This document shows, one piece after another, positions 1-7,940 of a stretch of DNA of 24,680 nucleotides. The position numbers were made by a program, and so were the translations under genes. The stretch comes from a virus (lineage: Duplodnaviria > Caudoviricetes): the IMG/VR virus record IMGVR_UViG_3300012953_000213, positions 1 through 24,680 of that record. One strand, given 5' to 3'. A model generated the notes under the pieces. That model did not search any database. It saw only the letters and a program-made list of their open reading frames with translations, and had not been told where the DNA came from. Each line of letters begins with the position of its first letter. The stretch's first letter is position 1.

Positions 1-54
1 ACAAGTAAAGTAACAACATTTACAACAGGAACAGGAAATATACAATTTAATTAG
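1..54 (+). CDS. 3' end of an upstream Gly-rich virion protein paralog (partial)
   Basis: Frame 1 reads TSKVTTFTTGTGNIQFN-TAG, closely matching the C-terminus of the next ORF (EKIAIFTAGTGSVQFN). Confidence 0.75.
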   Translation, partial: TSKVTTFTTGTGNIQFN

Positions 55-56
55 GT

Positions 57-1289
57 ATGTCACAAACTAAAGTAAAATCTGGGTTAATAGATGGGGGCTT
101 AGGTACTGATTGGCAGTCCACTATACAGACTTCCAATTTTACTGCCGCAGCAGGGAAAGGATATTTCGTTGATACAACATCGAATGAAATAACTGTGACT
201 TTTCCTGTAGGTGTTGTAGGTGCTCAAATAATAATACAAGATTATGCCGGTACATTTGCTACTAATAAAGTTATATTTCAAGCAAATGGTACTGAAAAAA
301 TACAAGGGTCAACAGACAGTGTTAAATGCGTTGTTGATAATGCTAGATGCAATATATTTTATCAAGATGCTACCGAGGGATGGACAGCTGATAATTTTTC
401 TCCAAACCCATCAACAACAACAGTAAGTTTTATAGTTGTGGCCGGAGCAGGTGGAGCTTCAAATGGTGGTGGTGGTGCTGGCGGTTATAGAACAGGAACA
501 CTTGTGGCTTCTCCAGCTACAAATTATACAGTTACAATAGGTGCAGGAGGTGCTGGTGCGGCTCAAGGACAAGCTGAAGCCGCTAAAGGCACAGATTCTG
601 TATTTAATACTATTACATCATCAGGTGGTGGTGGTGGTAATAGACAATACGATGGTGCTACTACAAATATGGATGGTGGTTCAGGTGCTGGTGGTGGTGG
701 TTATCCAACTACTAGAAAAGGATCAGGTAATACACCTTCAACTACGCCCTCGCAAGGTAATGATGGTGCCGGTGGTGCTTATGGAGCTAATTATGCAGGT
801 GGAGGTGGTGGAGGTGCTGGTGCTGCAGGCACAGCTGGCGTTGGCACAACACCTGGTAATGGTGGTGTTGGTGCTACAACAACTATTATAACTACATCAG
901 AATCAAGCACATATAGTGTTGGCGAAGTAAGTGGAGGTGCAGTATATTTTGCAGGAGGTGGTGCTGGTGGTTCTAAAAATGATGTTGCTGGATATACACC
1001 GGGAACTGGAGGACTTGGAGGGGGTGGAGATACTCCTGCATCACGGCCAAGTGATGGTGAAGATGGAGCTGCAAATACAGGAGGCGGTGCAAGTGGGGCT
1101 GCATTTTTAGGGTATGCTTCCTCTGCTCAACCAGGCGGATCAGGTGGTTCAGGTGTTGTTATACTTAAATATCCATCGTTAACAATATCAAATCCAGGAG
1201 GAGGATTAACGGGAAATCTTAATATTACATCGGGTTCTGAAAAAATAGCAATATTTACAGCAGGAACCGGAAGTGTACAATTTAATTAA
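57..1289 (+). CDS. Glycine-rich virion/tail-fibre-associated protein
   Basis: 410 aa. N-terminal module (WQSTIQTSNFTAAAGKGYFVDTT..TVTFP..QDYAGTF..EGW) resembles phage fibre-attachment repeats. It is followed by a Gly-rich domain bounded by 'IVVAGAGG' and 'GGSGGSGVVILKYP'. Confidence 0.7.
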   Translation: MSQTKVKSGLIDGGLGTDWQSTIQTSNFTAAAGKGYFVDTTSNEITVTFPVGVVGAQIIIQDYAGTFATNKVIFQANGTEKIQGSTDSVKCVVDNARCNIFYQDATEGWTADNFSPNPSTTTVSFIVVAGAGGASNGGGGAGGYRTGTLVASPATNYTVTIGAGGAGAAQGQAEAAKGTDSVFNTITSSGGGGGNRQYDGATTNMDGGSGAGGGGYPTTRKGSGNTPSTTPSQGNDGAGGAYGANYAGGGGGGAGAAGTAGVGTTPGNGGVGATTTIITTSESSTYSVGEVSGGAVYFAGGGAGGSKNDVAGYTPGTGGLGGGGDTPASRPSDGEDGAANTGGGASGAAFLGYASSAQPGGSGGSGVVILKYPSLTISNPGGGLTGNLNITSGSEKIAIFTAGTGSVQFN

Positions 1290-1291
1290 AA

Positions 1292-1705
1292 ATGGCTAAA
1301 AAACGTTTTAAAGATACAGGTGTTGGAAAATTTTTATTAGAAAAAATTCCTAATGTCGTTGGTGCAATTGCAGGTGATACTCCTGTTGGTTCAGTAATAC
1401 AAGCTATTATAGGTGGCTCTAATATGTCTGAAGAAGATAAAAAAATTGCACTTAAAAAATTAGATATTGAAAGAGCTGAAATAGATGGTACAACAAGACG
1501 CTGGGTGGCGGATGCAACTTCGGGTTCATGGCTTGCGGCAAATGTTCGTCCTTTAACTTTAGTTTTTTTAACAGTAAGCTATGTAGCCGGCTGGTATATG
1601 GGCTATCCTTTAGATTCAATAACTGGTCTTCTTACTATTGTAATTGGAGGTTATTTTGGATCGCGCGGAGTAGAAAAAGTATTTGGAAATAGTAAACATA
1701 AATAA
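1292..1705 (+). CDS. Holin-like membrane protein (3TM/GTA-type holin family-like)
   Basis: Hydrophobic segments LTLVFLTVSYVAGWYM and ITGLLTIVIGGYFG. Motifs 'WLAANVRP' and 'YFGSRGVEK' are typical of this family. Adjacent to the endolysin. Confidence 0.7.
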   Translation: MAKKRFKDTGVGKFLLEKIPNVVGAIAGDTPVGSVIQAIIGGSNMSEEDKKIALKKLDIERAEIDGTTRRWVADATSGSWLAANVRPLTLVFLTVSYVAGWYMGYPLDSITGLLTIVIGGYFGSRGVEKVFGNSKHK

Positions 1706-1708
1706 AAA

Positions 1709-1855
1709 ATGCAAGATCTTAAAATATACGGAATCTCCGTAAGCGGAATAACATTTTCTTTTCTGCCAGATATAAATCCAATGCTACAAACTGTAGTATT
1801 AGTTTTAACTATCGTTTATACTGTTATAGGTATAACACAAAAATTAAAAAAATAA
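1709..1855 (+). CDS. Small membrane protein, 48 aa (possible holin/antiholin); not in ORF track
   Basis: MQDLKIYGISVSGITFSFLPDINPMLQTVVLVLTIVYTVIGITQKLKK. It fills the gap between the holin-like gene and the endolysin, with a TM-like helix and a basic tail. Confidence 0.75.
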   Translation: MQDLKIYGISVSGITFSFLPDINPMLQTVVLVLTIVYTVIGITQKLKK

Positions 1856-1856
1856 A

Positions 1857-2201
1857 ATGAAATATTTTAATGAATCTGAATTTACTAATTTTAAAAAAAT
1901 GGACAAAAAGCTTTTAGCTATGTTAGATCATGTACGTGAGCTTTATGGACATCCTATTAAAATTACATCAAGTTATAGAAGTCCTGAACATCCAATAGAA
2001 GCAGCAAAAAAACAACCAGGGGAGCACGCTTATGGTGCCGCTGTAGATATACTTAGTGATAGTGGTGGAAAAACTTTTAGGTTAGTAAAAGCCGCAATAG
2101 AAGCAGGTTTTACTAGAATAGGTATAAGTAGAAAAAAAGGTTTTATACATTTAGGTATTGGTTATCCAGATGCTCCAGAAAAAACAATATGGACATATTA
2201 A
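1857..2201 (+). CDS. Peptidase M15 family Zn-peptidase, probable endolysin
   Basis: ITSSYRS...EHAYGAAVDI...FIHL provides the R/H/D/H pattern of M15 (Peptidase_M15_3-like) enzymes. Confidence 0.85.
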   Translation: MKYFNESEFTNFKKMDKKLLAMLDHVRELYGHPIKITSSYRSPEHPIEAAKKQPGEHAYGAAVDILSDSGGKTFRLVKAAIEAGFTRIGISRKKGFIHLGIGYPDAPEKTIWTY

Positions 2202-2211
2202 ATTAAATTAA

Positions 2212-2433
2212 ATGGCAAAATTAATAAGAAAAATAAGCATTGGTTCTGATTATAAAAACGAAGCAATGCATTATTCAGTAGGACAAGAAGTTTATGGAGG
2301 ACATACAATTTCTGATATTTTAGAAGAAAATGGATCTTATAAAATATATATTACAAAAAATAAAGAGATATTACCTTGGAAACATTTTAATGCTAACATG
2401 GCTGTATCGGTTGAATACAATTTAGATTACTAA
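2212..2433 (+). CDS. Hypothetical phage protein (73 aa)
   Basis: Tightly packed ORF with normal codon usage. Its stop directly abuts the next start (TAAATG). Confidence 0.75.
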   Translation: MAKLIRKISIGSDYKNEAMHYSVGQEVYGGHTISDILEENGSYKIYITKNKEILPWKHFNANMAVSVEYNLDY

Positions 2434-3021
2434 ATGCAATCTTTATTTAATTATATTATATCTACTAAAAGTCGTTACAATAATAAAGTTAATATTGGTA
2501 ATAAAGAATTAATAATTAATACTGAAGTTACCGAAAGAGATTATATTTTTGTTAATAGAATAGGCACTGTAGTTAATACACCAGCCTCTCTTGATACTAT
2601 AATAAAAAAAAATGATGAAGTAATTGTACATCATAATGTTTTTAGAAGATGGATTGATCAACAAGGAATTGAAAAAAATTCTAGTAGTTTTATAGAAGAA
2701 AATAAATATTTTGTAAATGAAGATCAAATTTTTGCATATAAAAGAAATAATAATTGGGAATGTTTACCTAATTTTTGTTTTGTAAAACCTTTACATGATA
2801 ATAACCAATGGAGCCTTCATTCTGACGAAAATTTAAAAGGAATACTTACGTATAGCAATAATAAGTTAAGTGAGTTAGGGGCATCCATAGGCGATATAGT
2901 GGGCTTTACACCTGATTCTGAGTATGAATTTAATATTGATGGCCAAAAACTTTATAGAATTTTATCAAATCATATAACAATTAATTATGGATCGAAGAAA
3001 AAAAATTATAGCCGCTGCTGA
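2434..3021 (+). CDS. GroES/Cpn10-like co-chaperonin, apparently two tandem domains
   Basis: 195 aa with two GroES-like halves: 'IGTVVNTP..IKKNDEVIV..YFVNEDQIFA' and 'FCFVKP..KGILTYS..IGDIVGF..EFNIDGQKLYRILSNHI'. Confidence 0.6.
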   Translation: MQSLFNYIISTKSRYNNKVNIGNKELIINTEVTERDYIFVNRIGTVVNTPASLDTIIKKNDEVIVHHNVFRRWIDQQGIEKNSSSFIEENKYFVNEDQIFAYKRNNNWECLPNFCFVKPLHDNNQWSLHSDENLKGILTYSNNKLSELGASIGDIVGFTPDSEYEFNIDGQKLYRILSNHITINYGSKKKNYSRC

Positions 3022-3232
3022 AAAAGCATTAATAGAACTTGAAAAAGTTATTAGACAAACTATAGATTTGGTTGAATTAGACCCTGAAAAAGCTAAAACA
3101 GCAGCCCAAGCAAAATGGGTTGCAATTGATGATTCTTTAAAAATTATTGAAAAAATTGAAGAACTTTCAAATGAAACTAAAAGTGATAAAGACAAAAAAA
3201 CTTTTTTAGGTGTTGAAAATCGTATTAAATAA
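2987..3232 (+). CDS. Small helical protein, candidate terminase small subunit
   Basis: 81 aa, charged and helical, translationally coupled to terL (TAATG). The assignment is positional. Confidence 0.45.
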   Translation: MDRRKKIIAAAEKALIELEKVIRQTIDLVELDPEKAKTAAQAKWVAIDDSLKIIEKIEELSNETKSDKDKKTFLGVENRIK

Positions 3233-5463
3233 TGTACAAGCAAACTTTATATAAAATTTATAATGATCATCTTTCTAACAAGAACATTATAAAACAAAAC
3301 AAAAATAAAAAATTTATTTATGGATATAATGAAGAACTTGATTGTGTTATAATAAGTAAAGACGGAACTATAGGTGAAATATATGAAATACAAGGTCTCA
3401 AGGTAGCAATACCTAAAACCCCTAAAAATATTATTGGGGAAGACCAAAAAAAATCAAATCAATATTTTAAAAAACGTTTAAGGCCAAATTCTTTAGATAA
3501 AATTAAAACAATATATGATTTTAAACATTATCCTGAAAAAGCAAAAGAAGATTATTTTGACTACATTAATGATGAGTTTAATTATCGTAGGGATGGGTAT
3601 TGGTTCATGTGCAACGGCTCCCCGTGTTACATTACAGGGTCGCACTACATTTACCTTAATTGGACGAAAATTGATATTGGTTCCCCGGACTTCAGACAAG
3701 CTAATAGAATCTTTTATTACTTCTGGGAAGCGTGTAAAGCAGACAAAAGATGTTATGGAATGTGCTACCTCAAAAATAGACGGTCTGGCTTTAGCTTCAT
3801 GGCATCATCGGAATGCGTTAACCAGGCTACAATTTCAAAAGATGCACGGTTTGGAATATTATCTAAAACAGGGGCTGATGCCAAAAAAATGTTTACCGAC
3901 AAAGTGGTACCTATCAGCATCAACTACCCATTTTTTTTCAAACCTATACAGGATGGAATGGAACGACCTAAGACAGAACTATCTTACAAGGTTCCATCGC
4001 GAAGACTTACAAGAAAGACTATTACGACTGCGGGGGATGAAGAAGGTATACCGACAGGATTGGACACCACAATCGATTGGAAGAATACAGGGGACAACTC
4101 CTATGATGGGGAGAAACTCCAATTACTCGTCCATGACGAATCCGGAAAATGGGAAAGACCGGACAACATCCTCAACAATTGGAGGGTCACAAAAACGTGT
4201 TTACGTCTCGGGTCGAAGATAGTAGGCAAATGTATGATGGGTTCAACTTCTAATGCATTAATTAAAGGAGGTGATAATTTTAAAAAATTATACTATAACT
4301 CAGATGTTACCAATAGAAATCGCAATGGCCAGACTACAAGTGGATTATATGCTTTGTTCATTCCTATGGAATGGGGATTCGAGGGGTTTATCGATAAGTA
4401 TGGGTACCCTGTCTTCGATAGCCCATCGGGAGAGATTGAAGGAATTGATGGTGAACCAATATCTACAGGAGTTATTGGACATTGGGAAAATGAAGTAGAA
4501 GGATTAAAAAAAGATAGTGATGCATTAAATGAATATTACAGACAATTTCCAAGATCTGAAAAACATGCTTTTAGAGATGAAACTTTAAATTCTTTATTCA
4601 ATTTAACTAAGATTTACGAACAAATTGATTTTAATGAAGAAATGACTATGAGCGGCTATGTGGTTCGTGGGAGTTTTTCATGGAAAAATGGAATTAAAGA
4701 TACTGAAGTATTATGGACACCAACAACTAATGGTAGATTTAGAGTTTCTTGGTTACCTCCAAATAATTTAAAAAACAATATTGTTTTAAAAAATAATTTA
4801 AAGTACCCTGGAAATGAAGGCTTAGGCGCTTTTGGATGTGATTCATATGATATATCAGGAACTGTGGGTGGAGGAGGTTCAAACGGCGCATTACACGGGC
4901 TAACTACTTTTTCAATGATTTCTGATGTGCCTAATACAAGATTTTTTTTAGAATATATTGCAAGGCCTCAAACAGCAGAAATATTTTTTGAGGATGTATT
5001 AATGGCATGTGCTTTTTATGGTATGCCTTTATTAGCAGAAAATAATAAACCTAGATTATTATATCATTTTAAAAGAAGAGGTTATAGAGGTTTTTCAATG
5101 AACCGTCCCGATAAATTAATAGGCAATTTATCAAAAACAGAAAAAGAATTAGGAGGAATACCTAATACTTCAGAAGATATTAAACAAGCCCACGCTGCTG
5201 CAATTGAATCTTATATAGAAGAATATGTTGGTAGAATGGAAGAAAACCACGGTGATATGTATTTTCAAAGAACATTAGAAGATTGGGCTAGATTTGATAT
5301 ATCCAGAAGAACATCCCATGATGCCTCTATTAGTAGTGGCTTAGCTATAATGGCATGCAGAAAACATATGTATCGTCCTAGACCTGAAAGAATAATTAAA
5401 AAACTTGATTTTAAATTTTCTAAATATACAAATAAAGGATCAAGAAGTGAGTTAATAAAATAA
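3232..5463 (+). CDS. terL: Terminase large subunit
   Basis: Walker A-like LKNRRSGFS, Walker B LLVHDESGKW and coupling motif MMGSTSN. C-terminal RNase H-like nuclease motifs FGCDSYD, LAENN and HDASISSGLA. Lies upstream of the portal. Confidence 0.92.
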   Translation: MYKQTLYKIYNDHLSNKNIIKQNKNKKFIYGYNEELDCVIISKDGTIGEIYEIQGLKVAIPKTPKNIIGEDQKKSNQYFKKRLRPNSLDKIKTIYDFKHYPEKAKEDYFDYINDEFNYRRDGYWFMCNGSPCYITGSHYIYLNWTKIDIGSPDFRQANRIFYYFWEACKADKRCYGMCYLKNRRSGFSFMASSECVNQATISKDARFGILSKTGADAKKMFTDKVVPISINYPFFFKPIQDGMERPKTELSYKVPSRRLTRKTITTAGDEEGIPTGLDTTIDWKNTGDNSYDGEKLQLLVHDESGKWERPDNILNNWRVTKTCLRLGSKIVGKCMMGSTSNALIKGGDNFKKLYYNSDVTNRNRNGQTTSGLYALFIPMEWGFEGFIDKYGYPVFDSPSGEIEGIDGEPISTGVIGHWENEVEGLKKDSDALNEYYRQFPRSEKHAFRDETLNSLFNLTKIYEQIDFNEEMTMSGYVVRGSFSWKNGIKDTEVLWTPTTNGRFRVSWLPPNNLKNNIVLKNNLKYPGNEGLGAFGCDSYDISGTVGGGGSNGALHGLTTFSMISDVPNTRFFLEYIARPQTAEIFFEDVLMACAFYGMPLLAENNKPRLLYHFKRRGYRGFSMNRPDKLIGNLSKTEKELGGIPNTSEDIKQAHAAAIESYIEEYVGRMEENHGDMYFQRTLEDWARFDISRRTSHDASISSGLAIMACRKHMYRPRPERIIKKLDFKFSKYTNKGSRSELIK
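3515..4222 (+). CDS. Candidate overprinted (+1 frame) lipoprotein nested in terL
   Basis: 235 open codons in a frame normally closed by TTA/ATA/GTA codons. N-terminus KKQKK-IILTTLMMSLIIVGMG-IGSC (Cys32 at 3608-3610) resembles a signal peptidase II signal. Coincides with a GC/rare-codon island. Confidence 0.55.
   Translation: MILNIILKKQKKIILTTLMMSLIIVGMGIGSCATAPRVTLQGRTTFTLIGRKLILVPRTSDKLIESFITSGKRVKQTKDVMECATSKIDGLALASWHHRNALTRLQFQKMHGLEYYLKQGLMPKKCLPTKWYLSASTTHFFSNLYRMEWNDLRQNYLTRFHREDLQERLLRLRGMKKVYRQDWTPQSIGRIQGTTPMMGRNSNYSSMTNPENGKDRTTSSTIGGSQKRVYVSGRR
4271..4498 (+). CDS. Second candidate overprinted (+1 frame) ORF in terL; true start may be ATG 4304 or 4325
   Basis: Same frame as 3515..4222. 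Overlaps a second GC-rich patch (4381-4440 = 29/60 GC vs 4261-4320 = 13/60, hand count). Confidence 0.35.
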   Translation: MIILKNYTITQMLPIEIAMARLQVDYMLCSFLWNGDSRGLSISMGTLSSIAHRERLKELMVNQYLQELLDIGKMK

Positions 5464-5465
5464 AT

Positions 5466-7910
5466 ATGGCAAAAGTAGAAGCTCAAAATTACACGTTTCC
5501 TAACCAAGCAGTATCAGATGCTGTTAAAATAACCAAAGAATATGGTTTATCTGTTGGTAGAGCTATTGAACAAGAATGGTTTAATAAAGACAACAACGGG
5601 GTTGGTAAATTTTTTAACTCTAGGGAAGAGTGTCACAGATTAAGATTATACGCAAGAGGAGAACAATCAATTCGAAAGTATAAAGATGAATTTGCAATTA
5701 ATGGTGATTTATCATATTTAAATTTAGATTGGAAACCTGTGCCAATTATTCCTAAGTTTATAGATATAGTTGTAAACGGTATGCAAGACAGAACCTTTAC
5801 AATAAAAGCTATAGGACAAGATCAGTTGTCAACAGGAAAACGTACAAAATTTGTAAATGATGTACAGCAAGATTTAAATACAGCTCAGTTATTATTAAAT
5901 ATTGAAAAAGAACTGCAAGTATCTGCTAGGAATTTTGCTGTTAATGAATTGCCGGCTAATACAGAAGAGTTAGAACTGTATATGCAATTAAATTATAAGC
6001 AAGGCATAGAATTAGCTGAAGAACAAGCAATTGAAAACATATTTAAAATCAATGATTACGAAGCTACTAAAAGGAGAATTGATTATGATATAGCAACCAT
6101 AGGTATAGGATGTGCTAAACATAGTTTTAATAATACTGATGGGGTAGTTGTTGAATATGTAGATCCTGCTAATTTAGTATGGTCTTATACTGAAGATCCT
6201 AATTTTTCTGATTGCTATTATTTTGGAGAAGTTAAAAACATAAATGTTAATGAGCTTAAAAAAAGATTTCCTAATTTAAGTAATGAAACAATTGAAAAGC
6301 TCACTAAAAAGGGCTCTAATTGGAATATATATAATACATATAATCCACAAAATTATTATGGAAATGATTCCTTGATGCAGAACAATACAGTTACCGTATT
6401 AAATTTTAACTGGAAAACTTGGGAACATGACGTATATAAGATAAAAGAAGTTCCCTCTGGTGGTAAAAAAGCTATTGAAAAAGATGATAGCTTTAATCCT
6501 CCTGAAGAGCAATCAATGCGTTTTGAAAAAGTAAAGCAAACCAGAGAAGTTGTTTATGAGGGAGTATTAATTTTAGGTACTTCAGAATTACTTAAATGGG
6601 AAAAAGCATCTAATATGGTAAGGCCCCATGCTAATATTAATAAAGTAATGATGAATTACATTGCTTCAGCGCCTAGGATGTATAAAGGCAATATTAATTC
6701 ATTGGTGGCTAAAATGACACCTTATGCGGATTTAATTCAATTAACACATTTAAAATTACAACAAGCTATTCAAAGAATGACACCTTCCGGTGTGTATTTA
6801 GATGCTGATGGTTTAGCGGAAATTGATTTAGGAAATGGCAATAATTATAATCCGCAAGAAGCCCTAAATATGTATTTTCAAACGGGTTCTGTTATTGGAA
6901 GATCTTTAACTGTTGAAGGGGATCAAAATTTAGGTAAAGTACCTATTACAGAATTACCAGGCAGCGGTGGCCAACAAATACAAGTTTTAGTAGGTGCATA
7001 TAATCAATACTTACAAATGCTTAGAGATGTAACAGGATTAAATGAAGCTAGAGATGGTTCAGACCCTGATCCTAATGCTTTAGTAGGTGTACAAAAATTA
7101 GCAGCCGCTAATAGTAATGTGGCAACTAGACATATACTTTATAGTAGTTTATTTATTACTACACATTTAGCCGAAGCAATATCTTTAAGGTTTAAAGATG
7201 TTTTAGAATTTCATCCGACTAAACAATCTTTTATTGATTCATTAGGTCAATTTTCTGTAGGTTCTTTAGAAGAAATTAAAAATCTTAATTTACATGATTT
7301 TGGTATTTTTTTAGAACTTGAACCTGATGCAGATGAAAAAGCTATTTTAGAAAGTAATATACAAATGGCATTATCTAATGGTAATATATTTTTAGAAGAT
7401 GCAATTGATGTAAGAGAAGTAAAAAATATAAAATTAGCTAATCAACTATTAAAATTTAGAAGAATAGCTAAGCAACAAGCTGATCAAGCTCAAGCCCAAG
7501 CTGCAAGTGCGGCTCAAGCTAAAGCACAAGGCGAAGCACAAATAGCTATGGAAGCAGCAAAAGCTGATGCAGAACAAATAAAAACAACTTCAAAAATACA
7601 ATTATCCACAGCAGAAAATGAAATGGATATTAAAAAAATGGAGTTAGAAACTAGAGCTAAAAAAGAACTTATGCAATATGAGTTTAATTTAAATGTTCAG
7701 TTAAAAGAATTAGAATTAAAATCTAGAATGGAACTCGCACAAACAAATAATTCTTCCATGTTACAACGGGAAGAAATTAGAGAAGCTGTAAAAGTACCAT
7801 CAGGAAAAATATCAGGCGCACCAAATACAGATGTTCCTGTAAAAGATTTTGAATCTAAAGGTAATGATACTTTAGGTGGCTTTGATATGGGCCGATTTGA
7901 AGCATCATAA
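5466..7910 (+). CDS. Portal protein
   Basis: 814 aa directly after terL. 'LDWKPVPIIPKFIDIVVNG' and 'LRDVTGLNEARDGS' resemble podoviral/crAss-like portals. Long C-terminal coiled-coil (barrel). Confidence 0.85.
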   Translation: MAKVEAQNYTFPNQAVSDAVKITKEYGLSVGRAIEQEWFNKDNNGVGKFFNSREECHRLRLYARGEQSIRKYKDEFAINGDLSYLNLDWKPVPIIPKFIDIVVNGMQDRTFTIKAIGQDQLSTGKRTKFVNDVQQDLNTAQLLLNIEKELQVSARNFAVNELPANTEELELYMQLNYKQGIELAEEQAIENIFKINDYEATKRRIDYDIATIGIGCAKHSFNNTDGVVVEYVDPANLVWSYTEDPNFSDCYYFGEVKNINVNELKKRFPNLSNETIEKLTKKGSNWNIYNTYNPQNYYGNDSLMQNNTVTVLNFNWKTWEHDVYKIKEVPSGGKKAIEKDDSFNPPEEQSMRFEKVKQTREVVYEGVLILGTSELLKWEKASNMVRPHANINKVMMNYIASAPRMYKGNINSLVAKMTPYADLIQLTHLKLQQAIQRMTPSGVYLDADGLAEIDLGNGNNYNPQEALNMYFQTGSVIGRSLTVEGDQNLGKVPITELPGSGGQQIQVLVGAYNQYLQMLRDVTGLNEARDGSDPDPNALVGVQKLAAANSNVATRHILYSSLFITTHLAEAISLRFKDVLEFHPTKQSFIDSLGQFSVGSLEEIKNLNLHDFGIFLELEPDADEKAILESNIQMALSNGNIFLEDAIDVREVKNIKLANQLLKFRRIAKQQADQAQAQAASAAQAKAQGEAQIAMEAAKADAEQIKTTSKIQLSTAENEMDIKKMELETRAKKELMQYEFNLNVQLKELELKSRMELAQTNNSSMLQREEIREAVKVPSGKISGAPNTDVPVKDFESKGNDTLGGFDMGRFEAS

Positions 7911-7940
7911 TGTTAATTAATTATTATATTTTATATTATT

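Noticed and set aside
244-891. +1 ORFs 244..426 and 541..891 inside the Gly-rich gene
   Set aside because: Val/Leu-rich shadows of GGT/GCT codon runs. There is no independent codon anomaly, so they are expected by-products.
3580-4440. Intron or intein in terL explaining the GC island
   Set aside because: The frame is continuous and the island itself encodes the Walker A/B motifs. No intein termini or homing-endonuclease motifs were seen.
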